NCBI GenBank assembly: GCA_049515895.1
Contig: JBEKTQ010000021.1
Span: forward strand, 32,001 to 96,000
Direction of reading: 5' to 3'
Length of the DNA: 64,000 bases
DNA from: Candidatus Bathyarchaeia archaeon
GTDB taxonomy: Archaea; Thermoproteota; Bathyarchaeia; Bathyarchaeales; Bathycorpusculaceae
The notes beneath the pieces were generated by a model. It was not told the origin of the DNA, ran no database searches, and worked only from the letters and a program-made list of their open reading frames with translations. Shown here piece by piece: positions 1 through 8,368 of the stretch (position 1 is its first letter; each line of letters opens with the position of its first letter). Made by a program: the position numbers and the translations under genes.

Positions 1-152
1 AAATATTGCTTGAAAAAAACCGTCTTTTCTACGGTAAAAAGAAAAAAATAGAGCTTTGCGACTGTAACAGGCGTTATTGCTTGCTTTCTTGCTGGTTTAG
101 CTTCCTTGCAATGTTTAAATTCAACGTTTACAATTTATCTGAAGGGATTATT

Positions 153-1334
153 ATGGCAAACTCAATTTCTGCCGAAGATGTATGTTCAAAAAGCTTTCGA
201 AGCGTGCAGGAGAACGATCCGCTTTCCCGATGCTTAGAAGCCTTTGAAAAAGGAATGCTTCCTGTCTTAGCTGTCTTGAACGATAAAGGCAAGTATGCAG
301 GCATGATTACTCGCCGCGCGATTTTAAGATCAAGACTTGACCTCAACGCCACTAAAGTTAAAACGCTGATGAAGACGGCTCCGCCAGTGACTCCTGATTT
401 TTCAGTGAGCAAAACGGCCAAGTTGATGATTGAAAGCGGGTTAAGGCAGCTTCCGGTTCTTGAGAAAAACAAGCTTTCGGGTTTCATCACTGACGAGAAC
501 ATTATTCATGCGGCGGTGGCACAGGAGTGGGGAAACACCAAAATAGAGACGATCATGACCCGAGCACCACACACTCTTGAAGCTAACCGTTCTGTTGGAG
601 CGGTTCTTAGCTTAATGAGGGAGTATGGTATTTCGCATGTTCCAATCATTGATGGCGGAAAACTCGTGGGCATGATTAGCATTGAAGATATTTTAGAGAA
701 TATCTATTGGCCGCAGAGGCGCCAGACAACGGGGGACATAGTTGGCGAGAAGCTTGAAACTTTGAGCGTTCCAGCTAAAGGAATAATGAGTAGGCAGGTG
801 GTCACTGTTGAACCACAGACAAGCCTGCGTGATGCCGAGAAAATGATGCATGATCATGACGTTTCCTGTTTAGCAGTTACGTCTAACGAGCGCCTGGTCG
901 GTGTTGTGACGAAGCTTGATTTTCTTGAACCGATTAGCCAGCTAGAAACCGTTGAACGCAAATTGTCGGTGCAGTTCGGTCTTAAAGATTTGGAGATCAC
1001 GCCTGAGCAGCAAGCCTTCATGATGGATGAATTCGATTCTTTCACACACAAGTACCAGGAAGCCTTCCAGTTAGGCACACTCTTCGTATACATGAAAAGC
1101 CACGGCAACACAAACCTGCGCGGAACACCCATGATCCACTGCCGCCTCCAATTCAGAACCGTCAGAGGCACATTCTACAGCGCAAGCGAAGGCTGGGGCA
1201 TTGAACCCACATTCAGAGTGGCCTTAGACCGCCTCGACCGCAGATTACTGCGAAGCAAAGAATTGCTGGCATACAACCCAAGGTACGCGCGGGATTACCT
1301 GCGTAAAATCGGGTTGCCACAAGAAGAGAGCTAA
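153..1334 (+). CDS. CBS-domain protein (two CBS pairs) with C-terminal HPF/RaiA-like domain; probable archaeal ribosome hibernation factor
   Basis: Repeated CBS motifs (LPVLEKNKLSGFIT, HVPIIDGGKLVGMIS, LVGVVTKLD). The C-terminal ~110 aa follow the beta-alpha-beta-beta-beta-alpha pattern of HPF (LEITPEQQAF...FYSASEGWGIEPTFRVALDRLDRRL). Likely start is ATG 153, not 6. Confidence 0.75.
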   Translation: MANSISAEDVCSKSFRSVQENDPLSRCLEAFEKGMLPVLAVLNDKGKYAGMITRRAILRSRLDLNATKVKTLMKTAPPVTPDFSVSKTAKLMIESGLRQLPVLEKNKLSGFITDENIIHAAVAQEWGNTKIETIMTRAPHTLEANRSVGAVLSLMREYGISHVPIIDGGKLVGMISIEDILENIYWPQRRQTTGDIVGEKLETLSVPAKGIMSRQVVTVEPQTSLRDAEKMMHDHDVSCLAVTSNERLVGVVTKLDFLEPISQLETVERKLSVQFGLKDLEITPEQQAFMMDEFDSFTHKYQEAFQLGTLFVYMKSHGNTNLRGTPMIHCRLQFRTVRGTFYSASEGWGIEPTFRVALDRLDRRLLRSKELLAYNPRYARDYLRKIGLPQEES

Positions 1335-1430
1335 TTCCATCCCTCTTTCTTATGGCAAAGACTTAGGTATATTTTTGTTGTTTGTGTCTTGTGTTGCTTT
1401 GCTTGTTTAGGGCTTGAAGCGTTTGCAGGT

Positions 1431-1520
1431 TGCGACCCACAACGACTCCCTTCGACCCATTGCGACTCGTAACGACCCAATACGACTCGTAATGACCCAT
1501 CCCGACTATTCCAGACCTTC
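1431..1520. repeat. Degenerate 10-bp tandem array (9 units, GAC in register; alternating GACC/GACT units give a 20-bp higher-order repeat)
   Basis: tgcgacccac aacgactccc ttcgacccat tgcgactcgt aacgacccaa tacgactcgt aatgacccat cccgactatt ccagaccttc. Confidence 0.85.
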
Positions 1521-1944
1521 CCGTTTTTTCGCGTTTTTTAGCGTTCTTTCCCGTTACAAGCATCCTTTCCTCTCGTCGGTCCTTTTTGACTATCGTCCTG
1601 CCGAACATACAGCTAACCAAGGCAGGCAACAACTCAAGATCGCCCCATCCCTATGAAAGCGCCGAAATAAAACTGCCTGGCAAAACGGGTCAACAATCAG
1701 AATTGGAGAGGCACCTTTCCGAACGTAATTGGTCGGATACTGTTTTAGCCAAATAATGATTAGGTTAACTGTAGAAACGATAAACAAGTGCGGCAAGTTG
1801 CGCACATGAATCAAGGCGGCAAAATCGGCATTTCTAGAATGCATCTGAAAAAGGCTTTTGAAATCTTAGCTGAAAAGAGAAAACAGTTCTCAACCGTAAT
1901 CTGAGTTATTTCTTTTTTATTATAAGAGGTTTTACCTAAAACCC

Positions 1945-2061
1945 ATGCTCACCACCTTTACTGCTGACAGCAAACACGCGCAAAACGAAAAGAAAGACTG
2001 GCTTCCAGGAATAATCAATCAGTTTGAAGAATGTGGGTTTGCTAAGGCTCTGGAAAATTAA
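1945..2061 (+). CDS. Candidate leaderless microprotein (38 aa, MLTTFTADSKHAQNEKKDWLPGIINQFEECGFAKALEN)
   Basis: TATA-like TTATAA at 1921-1926, about 24 nt before the ATG. Too short for the ORF track. Confidence 0.3.
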   Translation: MLTTFTADSKHAQNEKKDWLPGIINQFEECGFAKALEN

Positions 2062-2187
2062 GGAAGAGAATTCATTAAGAAAAATCTGCATCACTCTTCT
2101 ATGCAGCCATTTCTCTTCGTTTCTTCTAATTGCTTTTTAGGGACTAAAAAAGGGGGAAAGGTGATTTATTTGCTTGGATAATCCAGC

Positions 2188-4773
2188 TTATGGCCGTTTT
2201 CTAAGCATTATCATTGCGAGTACGGCGATTCCCACGATTATTACCACTATTATGGCCAAGCCTATGTACATGACGGCGTTTTGAGTGGCTAAACCGCTAA
2301 GTGGTGTGGCTGTGGGTGCGGGTGTAGGCGCTGATGCGCCGGCATGGAGGTATGTTTCAGCGTAAGATCCATAGTACGAGTTTGTGCCTGCGAAAGTAGC
2401 GAAAACTGTGAAGTTACCTAGTATGATGGGTGTCCAAGTTAGGCTGAATGTGCCGCTTGCATCAGTCGTTGCAGTGCCAATGGGGTAGTGATTTCCATTA
2501 GAATCCAAAACTGCTATCTGCACAGGAACGCCTGTAATGTTGGTTGGCATCGGCTGTTGCATGTAAACAGCTTCCATAAACTGGCTCATGCTAGCGTCAG
2601 AAACGCATGGTAACCCGTTGGGGAAGTTCGCTGCAACTGCATTTTGCGATGCGCCTGCGGAGATGTCTGTAACTGAACCGGTGATCGTCACTGGTGTCGA
2701 TGTTGTAACGCCAACTTGAGGTGCATTAACGGTTGTTTTGCTTGGTCCCATGCCATAGGCGTATACCTGGTTGTCGTAGCCGTTTAGGGCTACAAGGGAG
2801 CCATCTGAAATAGGCATGTCTCCTTCACCGAATGTATTTATGTTCCAAATTAGTTTTCCAGTGGTAGCGTTTACGCAGTAAAGTTGTGCGCCATCAAAAA
2901 CGGGGTCTCCATGACTGACGCCTGTGTTCAAGTAGAGTTTTCCGTCAGCAATGGTCATCGTAGCTTGCTCAAATGGATAGTAATTGAATCCAGGGAAATT
3001 CGTTCCACTGCTAATTCCGTTGAAAGTCCATAGAAGGTTGCCAGTTGCGAGATCGAAGGCGTGAACCCCATCTGAGGCAAATCCATATAGGATTCCATAA
3101 GCGATTTGAGATTGCCACGGGCAAGGTTCTGAACCCCATGGGTCTGTATCGGCTGTGGTGGGGCCCCATATCTTTGCGCCTGTGTTGGCATTATATGCAT
3201 ACCACTGCTCAGCAAATGCGTCATATGCTGTGAATATGCCGTCGGCCATTGGTCCCATCTCGTAGTTGAATCCGGTTGTGGGTCCAGATGGTAGTGTCAC
3301 TTTTTGAACCCAGAGTTGTTGCCCTGTTGTCGCGCTATAGCCTACTTCGGTTGCATAGGTAGCTGTGGGCGGCGCCAAAAAGCTGCCTACTCCTGTATTT
3401 GTGCTTGTAAGTATTATTCCTGAATTGACGTCTACTATTGCCTCGCCTGGGTAAGTTTGAATCGTAAGGTTCCACTGTATGCCTTTTTCCCAGTTAAGAG
3501 TTGCTCCAATTGGCGCACTCCAGACCCAATAGTTTGAACTAAACAGCGGGATCGGTGGGGTATAGTCGCCGTAGGTTCCGATGCAATGTGACGAGTTCCA
3601 CAAAGCTATCCAATTATTTCCTACGATGTAGTCCAGCAATTCGCCACTAGGTCCTTCGACAGTTAGTTGAGAAAACTGCGTTGGATTCAATGCATTAGTC
3701 ATCTGCAAGATCAGGTTTCCTGTGTTAGCGTCATACAGGTACCACGTATTTGCATCAGTAGACCATAAGTAAGGGAAACCTCCTTCCATGTTGGGTGACT
3801 CGTAGTTATAAACTTGGCCGAGGGTAATCTGAGGATATTCCCAGCCTACAACCAAACCGCCAAAAGGTTGGAACGGTTCGCCAGTGCTGTTTTGCCACCA
3901 TAATGTTTGTCCCGTTCGCAAATCTACAGCGTAGAAGCCTTCTTTAGGATTTGTAGGAGCATTATAGAAAAGTACGCCGTTGATAATTATTGGCGGTGTG
4001 AACTCCATTTGATAAGACTTTCCCGTGAAGTAGTTGCTCGTATCGGTTCCGCCGAATTCGCCTCCGATTAAGCCGCCAGCCTCCAAAGGCTTAGACCAAA
4101 GTATGTGAGCACTTCCAGGTCCTGTGCTGTATGCATTAAAGTTTCCTGTCGAGTTGTAGTTTGTTGATCCAAAAGTTGATACTCCTAACGAAAGCCAGTT
4201 TCCTGAAATTCCTGCCCACAAGCTATTTTGTGAATTTATGGGACGTGTCCAGTAGGATGTTGGGAGCTGAGATTGTGAATAAGATGCCGCTGCCTGCTGC
4301 TGCACTAAAAGGCCTGTGGTGAAACCGCTCGCTGCAAAATAATTGTCGATTGGTTGCCCAGTTAATGCTGAAAATCCAGTTACGTGTTGCCCTGGAAAAG
4401 TGAACTTAAAGGTGTAATTACCGATCTTGGCAGGAGTGTAGTATGTCACATAGAATGAAGCGTCGTTGGCAGTGAAAGGCCCTAGAGTTGTGGTTGACCC
4501 GCCAGGCTCTGTGATCAACATTGTGAAACCCTGCCACCTTCCACCTACCAATCCAAATGCAGTCGGGTTGGCTTGCCCCAACCACATTTCTATGGTTACC
4601 TGCTGACCGATGCCGGCAGGGTTTGGCGAAACATTACAAAAGGCATTCGTAGGGAAAGGAGAAGCTGCTGTCTGAGCTTTTGAAGTTGGAATTGCAGTCA
4701 TTATTCCTGAAACTGTCAACAAGAGAATAAACGCAATTGAAATCGCTGCAGTTTTGTTTTTAGGAATTTTCAT
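2188..4773 (-). CDS. Secreted PQQ-like beta-propeller repeat surface protein with C-terminal membrane anchor
   Basis: Signal peptide; repeated A(V/F)DLxTG..W propeller motifs; Ig-like segment; Pro/Thr linker; C-terminal TM followed by RKRP. Confidence 0.85.
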   Translation of the reverse strand: MKIPKNKTAAISIAFILLLTVSGIMTAIPTSKAQTAASPFPTNAFCNVSPNPAGIGQQVTIEMWLGQANPTAFGLVGGRWQGFTMLITEPGGSTTTLGPFTANDASFYVTYYTPAKIGNYTFKFTFPGQHVTGFSALTGQPIDNYFAASGFTTGLLVQQQAAASYSQSQLPTSYWTRPINSQNSLWAGISGNWLSLGVSTFGSTNYNSTGNFNAYSTGPGSAHILWSKPLEAGGLIGGEFGGTDTSNYFTGKSYQMEFTPPIIINGVLFYNAPTNPKEGFYAVDLRTGQTLWWQNSTGEPFQPFGGLVVGWEYPQITLGQVYNYESPNMEGGFPYLWSTDANTWYLYDANTGNLILQMTNALNPTQFSQLTVEGPSGELLDYIVGNNWIALWNSSHCIGTYGDYTPPIPLFSSNYWVWSAPIGATLNWEKGIQWNLTIQTYPGEAIVDVNSGIILTSTNTGVGSFLAPPTATYATEVGYSATTGQQLWVQKVTLPSGPTTGFNYEMGPMADGIFTAYDAFAEQWYAYNANTGAKIWGPTTADTDPWGSEPCPWQSQIAYGILYGFASDGVHAFDLATGNLLWTFNGISSGTNFPGFNYYPFEQATMTIADGKLYLNTGVSHGDPVFDGAQLYCVNATTGKLIWNINTFGEGDMPISDGSLVALNGYDNQVYAYGMGPSKTTVNAPQVGVTTSTPVTITGSVTDISAGASQNAVAANFPNGLPCVSDASMSQFMEAVYMQQPMPTNITGVPVQIAVLDSNGNHYPIGTATTDASGTFSLTWTPIILGNFTVFATFAGTNSYYGSYAETYLHAGASAPTPAPTATPLSGLATQNAVMYIGLAIIVVIIVGIAVLAMIMLRKRP

Positions 4774-4797
4774 TTTTCTTTTCCTTCCTAATTCTTA

Positions 4798-4813
4798 TTG
4801 AGCAAGAGCTCAA
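4798..4813. promoter_or_regulatory. Palindrome TTGAGC-AAGA-GCTCAA, candidate operator
   Basis: Perfect 6-bp inverted repeat in the divergent gap between the propeller gene and trmB. Confidence 0.35.
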
Positions 4814-4911
4814 ATGCTCTCGCCCAATGGTGTATGCTTTATGAAAGGTTTTAAATCCTAGAAAGAACAGCAGAGTTCTATCAACTCGTAGTCACCTTCG
4901 CCGGTATTCTA

Positions 4912-5733
4912 ATGAGTTATTTAACGGTTTCAAACGAAGACATCCATGTTCTGAGACAATTAGGGCTGTCTTCTCTCGAAGCCAGAGTCTACATCGCACT
5001 CACTCGCACGGAAAGAGCAACCATAAAAGCCTTATCCAAGAGTACAGATTTAGCACGTCAACACGTTTATCAAGTGATTAATGACTTATTAGACATTGGA
5101 ATAATTGAAAAAATAGTGGCGGCACCCTTTGAGTACTCAGCTATCCCAATAAAAGATGCGATTTTCATTATGCTTCAGCGGAAACAGCATGAATTTTTGG
5201 ACATGGAGATAGAAATTGAGTCAGCAGCAAAGCAGTTGCTTGAACGATACGAAGCAGCAAGCAAAATAAAACGTACTATGTCACAAGAGAAACAAACCTT
5301 TGTTTTTCGCAACATCCGCCTGCATGAAGTCGCGCGTGTGCGTGTCCGCGATTTTTCTGATTGCAGGTCAAGTATCGATTTAGTTATTTTAGAGAGAAAT
5401 TTAGAATCAATAAATGAAGAATTAGGCGATGCATTGAAAAAAGAAGTGAAGATAAGAATGATTATAGGAAATACCGAAAGAAGTAGCTTTCAGTTTAGTT
5501 TAGAAGATTTGATAACAAATCCTTTTTTCGAAGCTAAAGTTTCGCTTAACCAGGCAATTTTTCCACTTGCTATCTTGGACGAGAAACAAGCCGTGATTAT
5601 TACGTCGAAACCAAGCGATTTTCCTAAAGCATCCTATTTAAAGACAAATAACTCTCATCTAATGGCGATAGCCAAAGTATACTTTGAAAAGCAGTGGACA
5701 GACTCCCAAACACTGAAAGCGGCTGGAAATTAG
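4912..5733 (+). CDS. TrmB-family transcriptional regulator
   Basis: LRQLGLSSLEARVYIAL...HVYQVINDLLDIGII wHTH plus a C-terminal effector domain ending YFEKQW. Confidence 0.9.
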   Translation: MSYLTVSNEDIHVLRQLGLSSLEARVYIALTRTERATIKALSKSTDLARQHVYQVINDLLDIGIIEKIVAAPFEYSAIPIKDAIFIMLQRKQHEFLDMEIEIESAAKQLLERYEAASKIKRTMSQEKQTFVFRNIRLHEVARVRVRDFSDCRSSIDLVILERNLESINEELGDALKKEVKIRMIIGNTERSSFQFSLEDLITNPFFEAKVSLNQAIFPLAILDEKQAVIITSKPSDFPKASYLKTNNSHLMAIAKVYFEKQWTDSQTLKAAGN

Positions 5734-6006
5734 GAGTTTCAGTGTAAAGCGCGTACAACTACAGTAAATCAGCTTTCGCCTCAATGAAAAAGCAAATACA
5801 ACAAAACCCGAAAACGAGTTTAGAATTTGTGAGCTGTAGTCTTAACAAAATAACCTGTCTCTATTCCAGTCCTTTTTCCCTGCAGCAACAAACAGAAAAA
5901 AAATTGTGCCTCAGTTCTTTGTAGCTGTTTTTTTGTCTGTGTGTGCTCTCCTGCTCACCTGCATGCTCACTTGCATGGATGCTTGCTTGCCGCCCGGGGG
6001 AGAGAT

Positions 6007-6129
6007 AGTAAGTAAGTAAGTATGAGTGATTGAGTGATAGAGAAAATGAGTGACTGAGTGACAGTCACTGAGTGATGCAACAAGTAAGTGATGCAGTCAG
6101 TGTGTGATGGAGTTAGTTTCAGAGAGAGA
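6007..6129. repeat. Low-complexity AGTA / TGAGTGAY 4- and 8-bp periodic tract ending in (GA)n
   Basis: (agta)4, then TGAGTGAY units at 6023, 6031, 6047, 6055 and 6069, with degenerate units to 6116. Confidence 0.75.
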
Positions 6130-6146
6130 GGATTAAAATTTAATCC
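6130..6146. repeat. 17-bp palindrome copy A (GGATTAAAATTTAATCC)
   Basis: Perfect 8-1-8 inverted repeat in a convergent intergenic region. Confidence 0.85.
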
Positions 6147-6239
6147 ACACACAAAACGACCTGAAGTATAGGGTGTTGAATAGAATCTACTGGTGTCGGT
6201 TAAAACAATAATTTTAATTGAAAGAAGACAAGACCTTTC

Positions 6240-6527
6240 TTATCTGGTTTTGACGTTGTAGTCTACTTCAAAGATTCTTGGGGTTATTTGCCTGGTTTTG
6301 CCAACCTTCAACTCCGCTTTGCCGCTTAGAGCTTTGATTTGTTGTGCGAAGCCTTCGACGTAATCGAGTACGCCACAGCTGTAGCAGAAGCCCCCGGAAA
6401 ACGAAACCGTGACGCTTACAGGAGTTACTGAAATCTGTTTAACCGTTATTTCCGGGCTTCTGAGCCTGTTGTAGAGAGAAATGGCTTTACTTACGAGTTG
6501 TTCAAGCTCCTGCTGACTAAGAGACAT
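6240..6527 (-). CDS. Small CxxC protein, possibly NifU-C-like
   Basis: FSGGFCYSCG motif; directly downstream of pyrK on the same strand. Confidence 0.6.
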   Translation of the reverse strand: MSLSQQELEQLVSKAISLYNRLRSPEITVKQISVTPVSVTVSFSGGFCYSCGVLDYVEGFAQQIKALSGKAELKVGKTRQITPRIFEVDYNVKTR

Positions 6528-6536
6528 AGTGTCGCC

Positions 6537-7355
6537 TTAGAAGGGTATTCTTGCGCCGTCGAATCCTAACTTTGAAATCCCCAGTTCCTCTTTGACTTCC
6601 CGCAGCTGCGCAGCTGTGAATACGGGTCCGTCTCTGCAGACTCGGTACTTGCCGATTACGCAGCTTCCGCATAAGCCTATGCCGCAGCGCATCAGCCGCT
6701 CCAAGCTTGCTTCCAATGGCAGTTTGCGTTGTTCTGTCAAGTCGAAGATCTTCTTCACCATAACCTCGGGTCCGCAGGTGTAGATCATGTCGAATTTTTC
6801 CCTATCCAGCAACTTGGCTAAGGGTTCAGTCACCATGCATTGCAAGCCATATGTACCGTCTTCAGTTGTTGTTATCAGGCTTTTCTCGTTGCAGACGCCA
6901 TTGAGCTCCCGTATGAAAAGAAGTTCGTCTTTGGTTTTTGCACCCTCCACAAAGGACAACCGTTCAGTCTTAGCCGCAAGCTGCTTTGCCAAAAACAGAA
7001 GAGGAGCTGTTCCAGTTCCACCGCCTACCAGCAAGACTCTACCTCGGCTTTCAGTGAAGCTATTCCCAAAAGGTCCCCGAACGCCAACGGTTGCGCCTGC
7101 TTCCAAACCGTGGAGATGCCGGGTTGCGTCGCCAACCTGCTTCACAGAGACGGAAACCAAGTCTTTTCCAACTTCCATTATGCTCAGCGGAATTTCGTCT
7201 ATTCCCGGGAGCCAAAGCATCAAAAATTGCCCTGGCTTAGCCTTTGAGCATAGTTTGTCGTAGATTGTGTAGGTTCTTACGGTTGGACTTTCCGTCCGGA
7301 CCCGCACGATTTCTGACGTTCTAATCGTATTAGCTGCGATGAGCGAGGCTGACAA
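6537..7355 (-). CDS. pyrK: Dihydroorotate dehydrogenase electron transfer subunit
   Basis: KPGQFLM, RGPFGNSF, GGGTG, CGPEVM and MRCGIGLCGSC...VCRDGPVF. Confidence 0.95.
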   Translation of the reverse strand: MSASLIAANTIRTSEIVRVRTESPTVRTYTIYDKLCSKAKPGQFLMLWLPGIDEIPLSIMEVGKDLVSVSVKQVGDATRHLHGLEAGATVGVRGPFGNSFTESRGRVLLVGGGTGTAPLLFLAKQLAAKTERLSFVEGAKTKDELLFIRELNGVCNEKSLITTTEDGTYGLQCMVTEPLAKLLDREKFDMIYTCGPEVMVKKIFDLTEQRKLPLEASLERLMRCGIGLCGSCVIGKYRVCRDGPVFTAAQLREVKEELGISKLGFDGARIPF

Positions 7356-8253
7356 TTTCCTTCACACTCCCAACATGTTTCTTTCTCAAGTAAACTTCTA
7401 AGCCTTTAGTTATCTTCTGGAAAACATCCGTGTCCTCCCAAGCCACCGCGGTGCCGACCTGCACGGCTGAAGCGCCTGCAAGCAGAAACTCAACAGCGTC
7501 GCGCCAGTCACTTACGCCTCCGCAGCCTATTATGGGTACATCGGGCAACTCTTCGCGAATGTCAAAGACACACCTTAGCGCCACGGGTTTGATGGCTGCG
7601 CCTGACAGTCCACCTTTGATGTTGCTTAGGATTGGCCGCGTCGTCTCCGTGTCAATCGCCATTGCCTTAAGTGTATTTATCGCCGTTAATGCGTCCGCGC
7701 CAGCTTCAACCGCCGCCTTAGCTGTGACTGCGATGTCTGCGACGTTTGGCGTAAGCTTTACGATGACGGGTTTACTAATTGCCGCCTTAACTTTTTCAAC
7801 GACTTGCGAGAGAAGCTTGGGGTTTTGACCGATTTCCGAGCCTGTAAACTGGACATGCGGGCATGAAACGTTGAGTTCCACGGCATCTGCGCCTGCTTTG
7901 ACGGCTTTCTCAGCGACTGCCTCGTATTCGTCAGCTGTGTATCCAAAGACGCTGACGATTAGCGGAATGCGAAGTATGGTTTTTGCATATTCTATTTCTC
8001 CAGCGTACTCATCGATGCCTGGGTTCGGCAAGCCCATTGCGTTTATCAACCCAGATTCAGCTTGAACCACCGTTGGATTCGGGTACCCACCTCGGGCTTT
8101 TACACCGATGGATTTTGAAACCACGGCGCCTGCCCCGCCTTTAGCAACGCGGCTTAAGGATTCTGCTGAGAAACCCAACACGCCAGAGGCAAGAATCGTG
8201 GGGTTCGGCAGCTCCAAGCCCGCGATGCTCACGCGTAACGGATTGCTTTCCAA
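7330..8253 (-). CDS. pyrD: Dihydroorotate dehydrogenase B catalytic subunit
   Basis: NAMGLPNPG, ELNVSCPH, KLTPNV, GGLSG, GCGGV, VQVGTA. Confidence 0.95.
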   Translation of the reverse strand: MESNPLRVSIAGLELPNPTILASGVLGFSAESLSRVAKGGAGAVVSKSIGVKARGGYPNPTVVQAESGLINAMGLPNPGIDEYAGEIEYAKTILRIPLIVSVFGYTADEYEAVAEKAVKAGADAVELNVSCPHVQFTGSEIGQNPKLLSQVVEKVKAAISKPVIVKLTPNVADIAVTAKAAVEAGADALTAINTLKAMAIDTETTRPILSNIKGGLSGAAIKPVALRCVFDIREELPDVPIIGCGGVSDWRDAVEFLLAGASAVQVGTAVAWEDTDVFQKITKGLEVYLRKKHVGSVKEIVSLAHRS

Positions 8254-8368
8254 ATTCTAAGTCACCTTTCTTAAAACTAGTTTGCGCAACTAAAAAGATA
8301 AAGCTTCTTTTTCAGCAAAAACTGAACCGAAAGCGCACGCAAATTTTCGGGCAAAGTTTTTTCGAGGA

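Noticed and set aside
1431-1520. CRISPR array
   Set aside because: Units are 10 bp with no unique spacers, and there are no cas genes in the window.
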